Positions 30,200-40,654 are shown, numbered from the stretch's first letter. The stretch is DNA of 64,000 bases from an uncultured SAR86 cluster bacterium (GCA_902602185.1 CACKPV010000001.1:46785-110784); one strand, 5' to 3'. The notes: generated by a model not told the origin, from the letters alone. A program made the numbers and translations.

Positions 30200-32017
30200 A
30201 TGTCTAAATCTAAAACAATTTTTATCTGGGTAGATAATTTCTTAGAGAAATCTAGAAAGGTCTTATTAAATATTTTTACTGTCTTTATTCTGCTGACTAT
30301 TTCCTTAGGATTTTTGGGTGGCTTAGCCTCTATTTTCACTGGCGAGGATAGTGTCAAAACTAAAGGGCAAATACTCTATCTTGAGCCAAGTGGGTTTGTT
30401 GTCGATAATGCAGTGGAATCGAATGATCCTTTTAGTGACTATTTTTCAACCTCCCCATCTCAAATCGAATTAGATGATCTTTTAAAGATCATCGATAATG
30501 CTGGAAAAGATAAAAATTTAAAAGCTATCTATCTTGATGTCGATGGCCTCGGTGCATATTGGACCTCAGCAGTAAAAATTGCTGATGCGATTTATGAAGC
30601 AAGACAAAATGGTGCCTACATCATTGGGGTGACAAGTGGTCTATCAACTTCTGGATATCTTATGGCATCGCAAGCTAATGAATTAATTCTTGAAAAAGAA
30701 TCATATGGAAGCATTGAACCTTTTGGATTTTCAAGAGTAAGGCAATATCAAAAAAGTCTATTTGAAAACTTAAAGATTAATATGAATGTATATGCAGCTG
30801 GAGATTTTAAGAGTGGTCCTGAGCCCTTCACCAGAGATGACATGTCTGAAAATGATAAGATTGCCTGGCAAGAGTTTATTGATCCAATTTGGTCATCATT
30901 TAAAACTAAAATGGAACAAGGAAGAGAATTAGAAGCAGGCAGCATCCAAAGCTATGGTGACAATTATACTGATTTAGTCATTAATGCTGGTGGAGATGCT
31001 AATCGAGCAGCGCTTGCAGCACAGTTAGTAGATCAATTGTTGACAAAAGAAGAAATCAAAAGTTACATGAATCAAAATTATGGTGATGCTGATTCCTTTG
31101 ATTGGCCCGATGGCATTAACGAGATGGAATATCTCTATACACTAGATACGAAAAAGAATAAATCAAAAAATAAAATTGCTGTCATTAATGTAGAAGGAGC
31201 TATTACGACTGGAAATATTTCTTTCGATATTGCTGGGTCTGATTCAATTGTAAACAATATACGTATGGCTCGCGATGATGATGATGTTGTTGGGATTGTA
31301 TTACGGGTTAATAGTCCAGGAGGAGATGTTTATGCTTCGGAAATGATCACCAATGCGTTGGAAGAGTTTCAAAGTACAGATAGACCGGTTTTTTCATCTA
31401 TGGGAGACATTGCGGCATCTGGAGGCGTTTGGGTTACGACAACCTCTGAAGAAGTTTGGGCAGAGGAAACAACATTAACGGGCTCCATTGGTGTCTATAG
31501 CATTGTGCCTGTGACTACAGAATTAGAATCTTGGGCAGGAATTAATTATGATGGCACCGATTTAACACAAGCTGCAAGAGACGGTGATTTGAGAAGAGGT
31601 ATGACGCAACAGGCAGATGATCTGTTTAGACTGAGTACCGAAAATTTTTATGATCAATTTGTCAGCAAAGTAGCAGAAAATAGAAACATGGCTAAAGATG
31701 ATGTTTTCCCAATTGCGGGAGGACGGATTTGGTCTGGACAAGCCGCACTAGAACTTGGTCTTGTTGATAAATTAGGTGATTTAGATGCGACTATTGAGGC
31801 GATGGCAGAAAAACTAGAACTAGAGGATTATAAAGTGATTACCTATCAAAATGATGAAAGTTTTGACTTTGAATTATCATTGTTATTAAAAGTTAAAGAA
31901 AAGTTGCCAATGATCCAGAATTTAGATTTTCCACTAGGTCTTATGAAAATTTTTGAAAGTGATCAAAGATACTATGCACTTGCTTATTGTTTTGATTGTA
32001 GGGCAATTACAAATTAA
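30200..32017 (+). CDS. sppA: signal peptide peptidase SppA (protease IV, 67K type)
   Basis: 605 aa with an N-terminal TM and duplicated ClpP/crotonase-like S49 domains (SPGGDVYASE, GDIAASGGVW). Confidence 0.9.
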   Translation: MSKSKTIFIWVDNFLEKSRKVLLNIFTVFILLTISLGFLGGLASIFTGEDSVKTKGQILYLEPSGFVVDNAVESNDPFSDYFSTSPSQIELDDLLKIIDNAGKDKNLKAIYLDVDGLGAYWTSAVKIADAIYEARQNGAYIIGVTSGLSTSGYLMASQANELILEKESYGSIEPFGFSRVRQYQKSLFENLKINMNVYAAGDFKSGPEPFTRDDMSENDKIAWQEFIDPIWSSFKTKMEQGRELEAGSIQSYGDNYTDLVINAGGDANRAALAAQLVDQLLTKEEIKSYMNQNYGDADSFDWPDGINEMEYLYTLDTKKNKSKNKIAVINVEGAITTGNISFDIAGSDSIVNNIRMARDDDDVVGIVLRVNSPGGDVYASEMITNALEEFQSTDRPVFSSMGDIAASGGVWVTTTSEEVWAEETTLTGSIGVYSIVPVTTELESWAGINYDGTDLTQAARDGDLRRGMTQQADDLFRLSTENFYDQFVSKVAENRNMAKDDVFPIAGGRIWSGQAALELGLVDKLGDLDATIEAMAEKLELEDYKVITYQNDESFDFELSLLLKVKEKLPMIQNLDFPLGLMKIFESDQRYYALAYCFDCRAITN

Positions 32018-32699
32018 GTTCGCTCTTAATTAAATCAATCGAGATTATTCTTTTCTTTTCAATGGAAGCTTTATCAAGCTTTACCAAATTTTGATAGATC
32101 TCGTTGATATCCCTCTTACTGCGCAGAATTAAAAATTTCAAACTTCTCTCTGAAATATGCAACTCTAAGTTTTGAATGATCGTTTGAGATGCAGTTAAAA
32201 TCTCTTCATCTAAAACTCCTCTAAGTTCAAGACGATTCATTTTTTTAATTCTAGATAACAAATCTGGAAACAAAATTAAATCATTGGCCCTGCCACTTAA
32301 AATAATTTTTGTGTTTTTTTGATTCACTTCATTAATCAAGTTAAACAAAGCAACTTCCCAATCGCTCTGCCCTGAGATGAAATTGACATCATCTATACAA
32401 ATTAATGGAAAATTTGCTAATCCATCAAGTAATTCTGGTTGTAATTTTTTGAAATCTTTTAATGAGACATAAAAAGCATCAGTACCTTTTGACATTCGAA
32501 AATCATTACATAAAGCATGCAGAATATAAGTCTTACCAGAACTTGCCTCATCATTTAAAAAAATTTCATGTTCATTATTTGAAAGAAATGCATTTAAAGC
32601 TTTGATTGATTCGGTGTTCTGCTTTGAGACAAAGAAAGTTTTCAATGACGCATCATGATGGAAAGGGAAATCGACTATGGATTGTTTAGTTTTAGTCAT
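32007..32699 (-). CDS. hda: DnaA regulatory inactivator Hda
   Basis: 230-aa DnaA-like AAA+ module with Walker A-like ASSGKTYILHA and the short Hda length. Confidence 0.8.
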   Translation of the reverse strand: MTKTKQSIVDFPFHHDASLKTFFVSKQNTESIKALNAFLSNNEHEIFLNDEASSGKTYILHALCNDFRMSKGTDAFYVSLKDFKKLQPELLDGLANFPLICIDDVNFISGQSDWEVALFNLINEVNQKNTKIILSGRANDLILFPDLLSRIKKMNRLELRGVLDEEILTASQTIIQNLELHISERSLKFLILRSKRDINEIYQNLVKLDKASIEKKRIISIDLIKSELNL

Positions 32700-33237
32700 T
32701 TTTAATTATGAAATTATTATAAATCCAAAATCCAAAGTAGTTAGATAAACTTATGATAGTTACAGAACAAACGATAATATGTGCTATAAGAAAATTAAAA
32801 TTTCCATAAAAAGTTGCATTAATCATAATACTTATTATCAAAATCATCTGGCAGATTGTCGTGAATTTTCCAAACAGGTTTGGAGTAGGAGTTCTATCTG
32901 TTAGAGATATTTCATAAGTTGCACCTAATAAAATTAGTAAATCTCTTGCGATAAAAATAGTAAAAACATAAAGGGGAATTTCCGAAATAAACCATAAACA
33001 TCCAATTGCTCCCCCCAAAAGTAATTTATCTGCAACTGGATCAAGAATTTTTCCTAAATTGGTTTGCAAATTTAGGTACCTTGCCAGAAAACCATCCAAT
33101 GCATCACTGATTGCTGCAAGACAAAAGAATAATAATGCAGTGCCAAAATTATGATCAATGATATTTAAACAAGCAGGTAAGACCAAAAACATTCTAAAAA
33201 GTGAAATTATATTTGGCAGAGCTATTAACGAATTCAC
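32692..33237 (-). CDS. pgsA: CDP-alcohol phosphatidyltransferase (PgsA-like)
   Basis: 181 aa with the complete D(x2)DG(x2)AR(x8)G(x3)D(x3)D motif (DALDGFLARYLNLQTNLGKILDPVAD). E. coli PgsA-like length. 8-nt overlap with hda. Confidence 0.7.
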   Translation of the reverse strand: MNSLIALPNIISLFRMFLVLPACLNIIDHNFGTALLFFCLAAISDALDGFLARYLNLQTNLGKILDPVADKLLLGGAIGCLWFISEIPLYVFTIFIARDLLILLGATYEISLTDRTPTPNLFGKFTTICQMILIISIMINATFYGNFNFLIAHIIVCSVTIISLSNYFGFWIYNNFIIKND

Positions 33238-33238
33238 A

Positions 33239-34246
33239 TTAGGTTCCTAACCGAGAAAATATTACATTTGACTCTCTATCAAAATAAATATCATCTATAT
33301 TTTGATAAAACAACAATGAGCTCAGCAATTGATCAACTTGGCCATACGATTCAATTTCTATGGTAAGAGTGTTCGTAACAAACTTTTTAATAGAAAATTC
33401 TTTCACAACAAGGTTCTTATTTAAAAAATCTAATAATGATTCAAAAGTGTTTTTATCTGAGATATTTGAGAATACAATTTCAATTTGATAAGAGTCGTTA
33501 GAAACTTTAAATGCTGAGAGATAGTTGTATATATTTGCCTGTAAATTATTTTGAAAGTATTCAAGAAGCAAATCAATATTTTTAAATGATAAATTGACTT
33601 CTTTATCAGATAGCACCCACTTATTTAAATCCTGTCTTTGAATTAATATTGTTTCTAGAAAATCATAATCATACTCGGAGTAAAAGTTTTTAACCTTTTC
33701 AAATTGTAGTTTCTCATCCTGTATTGGTCGAAGAGTATCAACAGGCAATTCTAGAAAAATACCCCTTTCCTCACTCACTTGCTCTAAGATATTTTGGATA
33801 CTTTGATTAATGCTTTTTTCTGATTTGCTGTTGGTGAGAACATATGGTGATGCAAATCCGTCATCGATAATTACATCAAATAAAACTACCGGTCTATTTT
33901 GAGGAACAAATTCAATGTCTAAACTTCGAAACGATTGAATTACAAAATCTTGGTTAAACTTTGCATTTAAAAAACTTAACTCATTGATTTTGGAATAGGC
34001 ATAGCTTAAAAGAAAATCCTCTGATCTATTTGTAGATAGAATTTCAAAAACAATTTCTTCTGATTCTTGACCAAGCAATTTCACTAAGAGCGCTTCAAAT
34101 GCATAATCTACTTGAGACTCAAATGGAATCTTTGTAGGTTCCATTTGTATATTTACCTCAAAAAGTTTATTAAATTCCTTTCCAAAAGTTAGATTTGAAA
34201 AGATAATGAATATGCAAAAAGAAATGTGAGATAAAAAGTATTTCAT
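33239..34246 (-). CDS. secreted protein of unknown function (recalled as DUF2066-like, the conserved divergent neighbour of purM)
   Basis: 335 aa with a signal peptide. The position divergent from purM matches what I recall for pseudomonad-type genomes. The family name is not verified. Confidence 0.55.
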   Translation of the reverse strand: MKYFLSHISFCIFIIFSNLTFGKEFNKLFEVNIQMEPTKIPFESQVDYAFEALLVKLLGQESEEIVFEILSTNRSEDFLLSYAYSKINELSFLNAKFNQDFVIQSFRSLDIEFVPQNRPVVLFDVIIDDGFASPYVLTNSKSEKSINQSIQNILEQVSEERGIFLELPVDTLRPIQDEKLQFEKVKNFYSEYDYDFLETILIQRQDLNKWVLSDKEVNLSFKNIDLLLEYFQNNLQANIYNYLSAFKVSNDSYQIEIVFSNISDKNTFESLLDFLNKNLVVKEFSIKKFVTNTLTIEIESYGQVDQLLSSLLFYQNIDDIYFDRESNVIFSRLGT

Positions 34247-34275
34247 CTATGACATTTTAGTGAAAAAAACTATCA

Positions 34276-35286
34276 ATGAAAAATGATCCATATAAAAAAG
34301 CTGGTGTTGACATAAATGCTGGCAATGAACTTGTCCAACAAATTAAAGGACCAATTAAAAATACCTTTAATAATAATGTTTTAACAGATCTTGGGGGGTT
34401 TGCTGGACTTTTTTCTCTGCCTAAAGATATAAAAAACCCTACTCTTGTGGCATGTACTGACGGGGTAGGAACTAAGGTTTCCTTGGCTTTGGCTAACAAT
34501 TCATTGCGCACCATTGGGCAAGATTTAGTTGGTATGTGCGTTAATGATTTGATTACTTGTGGTGCAAAACCTTTATTTTTTTTAGATTATTTTGCTACTT
34601 CTAAACTTAATGTTAAACAGGCAAGAATTATCATTGAAAGCATTGCCAATGCTTGCAAATCTTCTAACTGTGTTTTGCTTGGTGGTGAGACTGCAGAAAT
34701 GCCCGGTCACTATGTGAATGATAATTTTGATTTGGCAGGATTTTGTGTAGGCATTGTAGATGAAACAAAAATTATTGATGGAAAAAGTGTTGCTGAGCAT
34801 GACTTAATTATTGGTATTGACTCAAGTGGGGCGCACTCTAATGGTTACTCACTAATTCGAAAAATACTCGATCATGCGAGTGATGCTGATAAGCAAAAGT
34901 GGATTGAGCATGCATTGCAACCCACATATTTGTATCCAAATTTGATAGACGAATTAAAAAATAGTATCAATATTAAATCTATAGCAAATATAACCGGTGG
35001 TGGATTAGTAGAGAATATTCCCCGATCTATTCCAAAGCATCTTGCAGCTGAAATCTTTTATTCAAAATGGAAATTACCCGAATTTTTTCAATGGCTTCAA
35101 ACTAGTGGAAACCTTTCGGATACTGATATGCAAACCATTTTTAATTGTGGTATTGGTTTAACGATTGTCATCGCTCCCAACGAAATAAATAACCTTCAAA
35201 AAGTAATGGAGGATAGAGACATAAAAGCACATGTAATTGGCAAAATTATTAATCAAAAAGATAATCAAAATATTTTCTTTACATAA
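34276..35286 (+). CDS. purM: phosphoribosylformylglycinamidine cyclo-ligase (AIR synthetase)
   Basis: 336 aa with PurM blocks YKKAGVDI, DGVGTK, DYFA and GGETAEMPG. Confidence 0.96.
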   Translation: MKNDPYKKAGVDINAGNELVQQIKGPIKNTFNNNVLTDLGGFAGLFSLPKDIKNPTLVACTDGVGTKVSLALANNSLRTIGQDLVGMCVNDLITCGAKPLFFLDYFATSKLNVKQARIIIESIANACKSSNCVLLGGETAEMPGHYVNDNFDLAGFCVGIVDETKIIDGKSVAEHDLIIGIDSSGAHSNGYSLIRKILDHASDADKQKWIEHALQPTYLYPNLIDELKNSINIKSIANITGGGLVENIPRSIPKHLAAEIFYSKWKLPEFFQWLQTSGNLSDTDMQTIFNCGIGLTIVIAPNEINNLQKVMEDRDIKAHVIGKIINQKDNQNIFFT

Positions 35287-35897
35287 TGTTCAAGATTGTT
35301 GTCCTTGTTTCTGGAAATGGTTCAAATCTTCAAGCACTTATAAATAACTGCATTGAAAACCATATTGCGGGAAATATTGTTGGTGTAATTTGTAATGATC
35401 CTAATGCTTTTGCAATTAAAAGAGCAGAAAATCATTCTATTCCTTGTGAAATTATCGATCACAAAGAGTTTTTATCGCGAGAAGAATTTGATCAAAGAGT
35501 CTTAGACTCTCTTATTAAAATGCAGCCTGATTTGATTGTACTTGCCGGTTTTATGAGGATTTTGACAAACACCATCATTGATAGATTTGAAAATAAAATA
35601 ATAAATATACACCCCTCTTTGCTCCCTAAATATCCAGGGCTCAACACGCATCAAAAAGTTATTGAGAATAATGATAAATTTCATGGTGTCACAATACATT
35701 TTGTAAATAATGAACTTGATGCTGGTAAGATTATTGCCCAAGGAAAACTAAAAGTAGAAAAATCAGAAAATATCGCAAAACTTATTGAAAGAATTCATAA
35801 AATCGAGCATGATTTACTCCCTTATATCGTTAATAAGTTTGCAACTTTAGAAATAGAAAAACAAAATGATATTTATTACAAGACTTATAATTTTTAA
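35286..35897 (+). CDS. purN: phosphoribosylglycinamide formyltransferase
   Basis: 203 aa with blocks VLVSGNGSNLQAL, LAGFMRIL, NIHPSLLP and HFV..ELDAG. TAATG overlap with purM. Confidence 0.95.
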   Translation: MFKIVVLVSGNGSNLQALINNCIENHIAGNIVGVICNDPNAFAIKRAENHSIPCEIIDHKEFLSREEFDQRVLDSLIKMQPDLIVLAGFMRILTNTIIDRFENKIINIHPSLLPKYPGLNTHQKVIENNDKFHGVTIHFVNNELDAGKIIAQGKLKVEKSENIAKLIERIHKIEHDLLPYIVNKFATLEIEKQNDIYYKTYNF

Positions 35898-36573
35898 TAC
35901 TCTTTTATTTGGTGCTTCACTTAATGCATCAGATAATTTTGAAAATTATGAAATAAGATTTGATATTAGTTTTCCTTTTGCCTCTCTTGAAGGTACAAAA
36001 AAATTTAAAAAAACTAAATCATCAAACGAATATGCCATTACCTTTGATGGTAAAAACTCCCTTCTTAATGCTTCTTTGAATCAAACAGCAAGCCTTCGAG
36101 TTGGAAATAAAAAAATTTTTCCTCAATCGTACACGCAACAAATTAAAGCTCCCTTTCAGCGGGAAGCAGGCATTCAGATAATTAATTTTGATTACAAAGA
36201 TCTTACAATCAAATCAACTGGCAATGTAATTTGGATGGTGCCTATTGAAGATGGCTTAATCCCCCTTGATCCCCTATCAATGGCTATGAAAATGAGATCA
36301 AACCTAAAAAAAGGTATCACCGAATTCAGTTTAGATATTTTGAAACTTGATGATGGTGAAATCTATTCAAATGACTTTAAGGTCACTGGCGAAGAAACTA
36401 TAACTATCAAAGATGTAAATTATCCATGCTACGTTGTATTACGGGAAACTGAAAATAGAACTACAAGATATTATTTTGCTAAAAATCTAGATTTTATTTT
36501 GCTGAAAGTTGATGACAAAAGACCTTCAAGAAGAACTTCAATTGATCCAGTAAAAATTCTAAGTTTTGGGTAA
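35866..36573 (+). CDS. secreted protein of unknown function (recalled as DUF3108-like, the conserved neighbour after purN)
   Basis: 235 aa with a signal peptide and beta-rich composition. The family name is from memory only. Confidence 0.5.
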   Translation: MIFITRLIIFNTLLFGASLNASDNFENYEIRFDISFPFASLEGTKKFKKTKSSNEYAITFDGKNSLLNASLNQTASLRVGNKKIFPQSYTQQIKAPFQREAGIQIINFDYKDLTIKSTGNVIWMVPIEDGLIPLDPLSMAMKMRSNLKKGITEFSLDILKLDDGEIYSNDFKVTGEETITIKDVNYPCYVVLRETENRTTRYYFAKNLDFILLKVDDKRPSRRTSIDPVKILSFG

Positions 36574-37128
36574 AGTCACTCCGGTTTGCCCCTGATATTT
36601 CCCCTCTCTATCCTTGTAACTAACACTACAATTTTCATCTGATTCATGGAAAATCATTTGTGCTACCCCCTCACCGGCATAAATTTTTGCTGGTAAGTTA
36701 CTTGTATTGGAGAATTCCAAAGTTACATGTCCTTCCCACTCAGGTTCAAGAGGAGTGACATTTACGATAATACCGCATCTAGCATAAGTAGATTTACCAA
36801 GACAAATCGTTAAAACATTTCTAGGAATCCTGAAATATTCTATGGTTCTTGCTAGAGCAAAAGAATTAGGAGGGATGATGCAAACATCAGAAGTAATATC
36901 AACAAAACTTTTCTCATCAAAAGATTTTGGATCTACAATGGAAGAGTGAATGTTTGTAAAGACTTTAAACTCGTTGGCACATCTAACATCATAACCATAA
37001 CTGGATAAACCGTATGAGATTACCTTGCTTTGATCATTTGTAACCCTAACTTGATTTTCTTCAAACGGCTCAATCATCCCATCTGATTGTGCTTTTTGCT
37101 TGATCCAATTATCTGATTTAATCGTCAT
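36559..37128 (-). CDS. dcd: dCTP deaminase
   Basis: 189 aa with Dcd blocks SYGYD(V)[11 protein letters not shown] and EPEWEG. Confidence 0.93.
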   Translation of the reverse strand: MTIKSDNWIKQKAQSDGMIEPFEENQVRVTNDQSKVISYGLSSYGYDVRCANEFKVFTNIHSSIVDPKSFDEKSFVDITSDVCIIPPNSFALARTIEYFRIPRNVLTICLGKSTYARCGIIVNVTPLEPEWEGHVTLEFSNTSNLPAKIYAGEGVAQMIFHESDENCSVSYKDREGKYQGQTGVTLPKT

Positions 37129-37714
37129 TTATATCTATTCTCCCAATTATTGATCTGGCAATAGTATTGCTATCTACATACTCTAACTCTCCTCCAATAG
37201 GAATACCATAAGAAATTCTTGTAACTTTGACGTTTTCGCAATGATCTTTTATATATATTGCTGTTGCATCCCCCTCAACGGTTGAGCTGGTAGCTAAAAT
37301 TATTTCTTGGATATCTTTACCACGAATTAATTCAAGCAATTTGTCGATTCCTAAATCTTCAGGACCAATATCATCCATTGGAGATAATCTTCCCATTAAT
37401 ACAAAGTACTTTCCTGCAAAACCTCCAGTATTTTCGATAGCTAAATAATCTGCAGGACTTTCAACCACACAAATGCAACTTGAATCTCTTTTGACATCCA
37501 TGCAAACATTACACAGCTTCTGTGATGTTAACATCCTGCATTCTTCACACCTTTGTATCGATTCTATGGCACCAGATAACGAATGCACAATTTCTCTGGC
37601 ACCCTGTTGATTTTTATCTAAAAGAAAAAGAGCCATTCTCTGTGCAGATTTTTTACCTACTCCAGGTAAAATGGTTAGAGCATTAACTAATTTTGTTAGC
37701 AAATCTTCAGACAT
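37118..37714 (-). CDS. recR: recombination protein RecR
   Basis: 198 aa with an HhH block ([11 protein letters not shown]), a C4 zinc finger (CEEC...CNVC) and a Toprim domain. Confidence 0.95.
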   Translation of the reverse strand: MSEDLLTKLVNALTILPGVGKKSAQRMALFLLDKNQQGAREIVHSLSGAIESIQRCEECRMLTSQKLCNVCMDVKRDSSCICVVESPADYLAIENTGGFAGKYFVLMGRLSPMDDIGPEDLGIDKLLELIRGKDIQEIILATSSTVEGDATAIYIKDHCENVKVTRISYGIPIGGELEYVDSNTIARSIIGRIDINDD

Positions 37715-37715
37715 G

Positions 37716-39275
37716 TTAGCTTTTATTGTTTATGTTTATATTTTCAATTTCTGCACCAAATGATTTAACTAAATTCTGAAAGGCATCACTATTCTCAAGA
37801 TCTGTCTTAGCATTTTTGCGAATTTTTTCGTTGTTTTTAGCTTCTTGCATATTTGGTGTGTCGATAACATTTCCTTTGATAATATTTATTTTAAAGTTTT
37901 TTTGAAAATGCTGGAGAATATGTTTATCTAATTCTTCGGATATTTTAGATGGCAAGATTTCATCTTCATTTGCAATTAGTTCAATTGAAGAATTTGTAAA
38001 TTCTTTAAACTGAAAATTACCAATGTAAGCTTTGGATGTTGGGGAAATATTTGCGGTATCCAAAAATTTATACCAGTCTTTCATCTCCAAAAAATCTTCT
38101 CTTGGTTGGGGTGAAATGCTAATTTCTGATTCTGATGCTGACTTATTATTGGTCTCTTTTACTTTTTTTTTTAAATTAGTGGTGTCTATTGTTACTCCAT
38201 CATTCAATGGTTGAAAAGCAAGCATTCGTAGAATACTCATTTCGACAGCCTCTTTAGGTAGTGGATGCGCATGTAAATTTGAAAAAGAGTTAACAGCAAT
38301 TTCATAAAACAATTGATTTAACTGCGGATCAACTGAAGTGGATAAGGCAATTATGGACTCATCAGTTGAGTTCTTGAGAATCTGATGCAAAGATATTTCA
38401 TGAAAAATAGAAATTAAGTCTTTTAAAAGTAAGTCATAGTCAGCAGAAGTTCTTTCCAATTTTTCAAGAAAGAGAAAAGCATCTGTTTGATTATTATTAA
38501 AAATGGAATCAACCATTTGTAATAACAATGATCTGTCAAAAGTTCCCAATAAATCATTGACTAAGGACTCATCAAGAGTTCCGTTGCCAAAGGCAATTGC
38601 TTGATCCAGTAAAGTTAATCCATCACGAACCGATCCACTTGCTGATAACGACAAAAGCTTGATGGATGCTTCGTCATAGTTTACCGACTCTTTTTTAAGG
38701 ATCATTTTAAAAAGATTTCCTATTAACTCCTGTCCTACTGTTTTGAGGTTTAATTGTAAGCATCTTGATACTACAGTCTTTAAGACTTTATCAGGATTTG
38801 TGGTTGCAAAAAGAAATACAACATTTGGGGGAGGCTCTTCAAGAGTCTTTAAAAGTGCATTAAAACTTGCCTCGGAAAGCATGTGAACTTCATCTATGAG
38901 AAAAACTTTATATCTAAAATTTGCTGAGGTTATATTTACAGAATTAAGTAACTCCCGCATATGATCAATGCCGGTTCTTGATGCCGCATCAATTTCAAGA
39001 AAATCCATGCTGGAGCCTGAATTAATTTCCTTACATGAACTGCACTTACCACAAGGTTCTACCGTTGGAGCATCGTAAGCTGAACAATTAAGACTTTTGG
39101 CAAAAATGCGAGCAATTGTAGTTTTTCCTACTCCTCTGGTACCAGAAAATAGATAGGCTTGATGAATTGAATCACTCTCAATACTATTCTTTAAGACCTG
39201 AAGTACATGATCTTGACCAATAACTTCACCAAAGTCTGCGGGTCTATATTTCCTTGCTAAAACCTTATAGGACAT
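37716..39275 (-). CDS. dnaX: DNA polymerase III subunit tau (possibly also gamma)
   Basis: 519 aa with Walker A GTRGVGKTT, a zinc module CGKCSSC, the SRC motif (VSRC) and a divergent C-terminal tau region. Confidence 0.93.
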   Translation of the reverse strand: MSYKVLARKYRPADFGEVIGQDHVLQVLKNSIESDSIHQAYLFSGTRGVGKTTIARIFAKSLNCSAYDAPTVEPCGKCSSCKEINSGSSMDFLEIDAASRTGIDHMRELLNSVNITSANFRYKVFLIDEVHMLSEASFNALLKTLEEPPPNVVFLFATTNPDKVLKTVVSRCLQLNLKTVGQELIGNLFKMILKKESVNYDEASIKLLSLSASGSVRDGLTLLDQAIAFGNGTLDESLVNDLLGTFDRSLLLQMVDSIFNNNQTDAFLFLEKLERTSADYDLLLKDLISIFHEISLHQILKNSTDESIIALSTSVDPQLNQLFYEIAVNSFSNLHAHPLPKEAVEMSILRMLAFQPLNDGVTIDTTNLKKKVKETNNKSASESEISISPQPREDFLEMKDWYKFLDTANISPTSKAYIGNFQFKEFTNSSIELIANEDEILPSKISEELDKHILQHFQKNFKINIIKGNVIDTPNMQEAKNNEKIRKNAKTDLENSDAFQNLVKSFGAEIENININNKS

Positions 39276-39296
39276 GAATTAGAATAATACCATGTA

Positions 39297-39731
39297 CTAG
39301 TCAAAAACTGATTCAATTTCCTCAAAACTGAAGCCTCTATTTGCAAGAAATCTTTTTTGTTTAAGGACATCTTTTAAAGAATCAGCTTTTCCAAGAGGGT
39401 ACTTTTTTTTGAATGCTTGTTGCATAACTAGATACCAATCTATTTCATCAGAAATATTCTCATTAATTAATTCTGTTGTTATGCCTTTCTCCTTTAGCTC
39501 TTGGGATATTCGCAAACTACCAAATCCTTTTTTAGCCCTCATGCGGATATATGCTTGTGCGTATCTTGTATTATTTAAAAGATTTTCACGTTGCAGGCGC
39601 TCAATGATTTCATTAAAGTCTTTAAAATTAGGAAATTTATTCTGTAGTTTAATGATTAATTCTTTGGTGGAATGCTCCCTAATAGCTAGCAAATCGACTG
39701 CTTTGCTATAAACATCCGAATTCTGAGACAT
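39297..39731 (-). CDS. recX: RecA regulator RecX
   Basis: 144 aa with the repeated three-helix RecX pattern (LAIREHS..., YAQAYIRMRAKKGFG..RISQELKEKGI). Confidence 0.8.
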   Translation of the reverse strand: MSQNSDVYSKAVDLLAIREHSTKELIIKLQNKFPNFKDFNEIIERLQRENLLNNTRYAQAYIRMRAKKGFGSLRISQELKEKGITTELINENISDEIDWYLVMQQAFKKKYPLGKADSLKDVLKQKRFLANRGFSFEEIESVFD

Positions 39732-39738
39732 AAAAAAA

Positions 39739-40191
39739 TTAAAACGGAGAGACTCGTGAACGATTTGAGGTTTTTGTTATTTTGACTCTTTGTCCTTCGA
39801 TCAAAGCAAACTCACTACTTGCTTCTTGAACGATTGAAATTAGTCTGCCCGAATCCAACTCTATTGTAAGTTCCAAGGCATTAACTTTATTTATATTTGC
39901 ACCTACTTCTGATCCTATAGCAGAACCAATGAGGGCACCAATAACTCCAGCTGCCACAGGAGCTTTATCATTGTCAGACCCAAGGTCAGCACCAACTGTT
40001 GCTCCAGCTGTAGCCCCCAAATCTCGATTACCTTCTATCACGACTTCATCAATTTTTAGCAATGTGCCGAGCAGAACGGACTGGATTTTACCAGCATCGG
40101 ATGATTCAACTATGCCAGGTTGGTATGAAGTTAGACTACATCCTGAAACAAGAAATATAAAAAATATAAAATTAAGACTCTTTCGATTCAT
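39739..40191 (-). CDS. outer-membrane lipoprotein with glycine-zipper segment (SlyB-like)
   Basis: Lipobox LVSGC and a Gly/Ala-rich zipper (GATAGATVGADLG...GVIGALIGSAIGSEVG). Confidence 0.65.
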   Translation of the reverse strand: MNRKSLNFIFFIFLVSGCSLTSYQPGIVESSDAGKIQSVLLGTLLKIDEVVIEGNRDLGATAGATVGADLGSDNDKAPVAAGVIGALIGSAIGSEVGANINKVNALELTIELDSGRLISIVQEASSEFALIEGQRVKITKTSNRSRVSPF

Positions 40192-40582
40192 CTTTTTCTA
40201 GTAAAGAAAATTTTTTAAAGACATCATCAACGATCACAAAAAAATATTTGCCCTGCTCTTTGCCATCGAGTAATTCAACTCGCGCAATTTCATCAGAGTG
40301 CATTAAATTCAAAATCTTTATCTCATTGCCTCTTTTTAACCTGAGTAAATCTCTGCTATCAACTCTGGCAAATAAATCCCATTCATCAAATTTTCTTGCA
40401 CGCATAGTATGAAATGCATCTGAGCGCAAACGATATAAAACTTCACTTTTAGATCCAACAAAAGATGCCCCTGAACTTCTTGATTCAAGTTGCCAAATTT
40501 GACCCTCTTCTATGAGCATTTCTGCATAAACTGAAGAACCAAAAAAACAAACCAAAGACAGCATTAATAATTTTTTATTCAT
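40172..40582 (-). CDS. hypothetical secreted protein
   Basis: 136 aa with a cleavable-looking signal peptide (FFGSSVYA). No family recognised. Confidence 0.5.
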   Translation of the reverse strand: MNKKLLMLSLVCFFGSSVYAEMLIEEGQIWQLESRSSGASFVGSKSEVLYRLRSDAFHTMRARKFDEWDLFARVDSRDLLRLKRGNEIKILNLMHSDEIARVELLDGKEQGKYFFVIVDDVFKKFSLLEKDESKES

Positions 40583-40654
40583 TATGTTTCCTTTGACAAT
40601 TAAAAAATTTATTAGTTCCTTGATTATATTTCATAATTAAAAAAAAATCACACT

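Noticed and set aside
34257-34514. 85-aa minus-strand ORF overlapping the purM 5' region.
   Set aside because: It is antisense to the highly conserved purM N-terminus and has no motif support.
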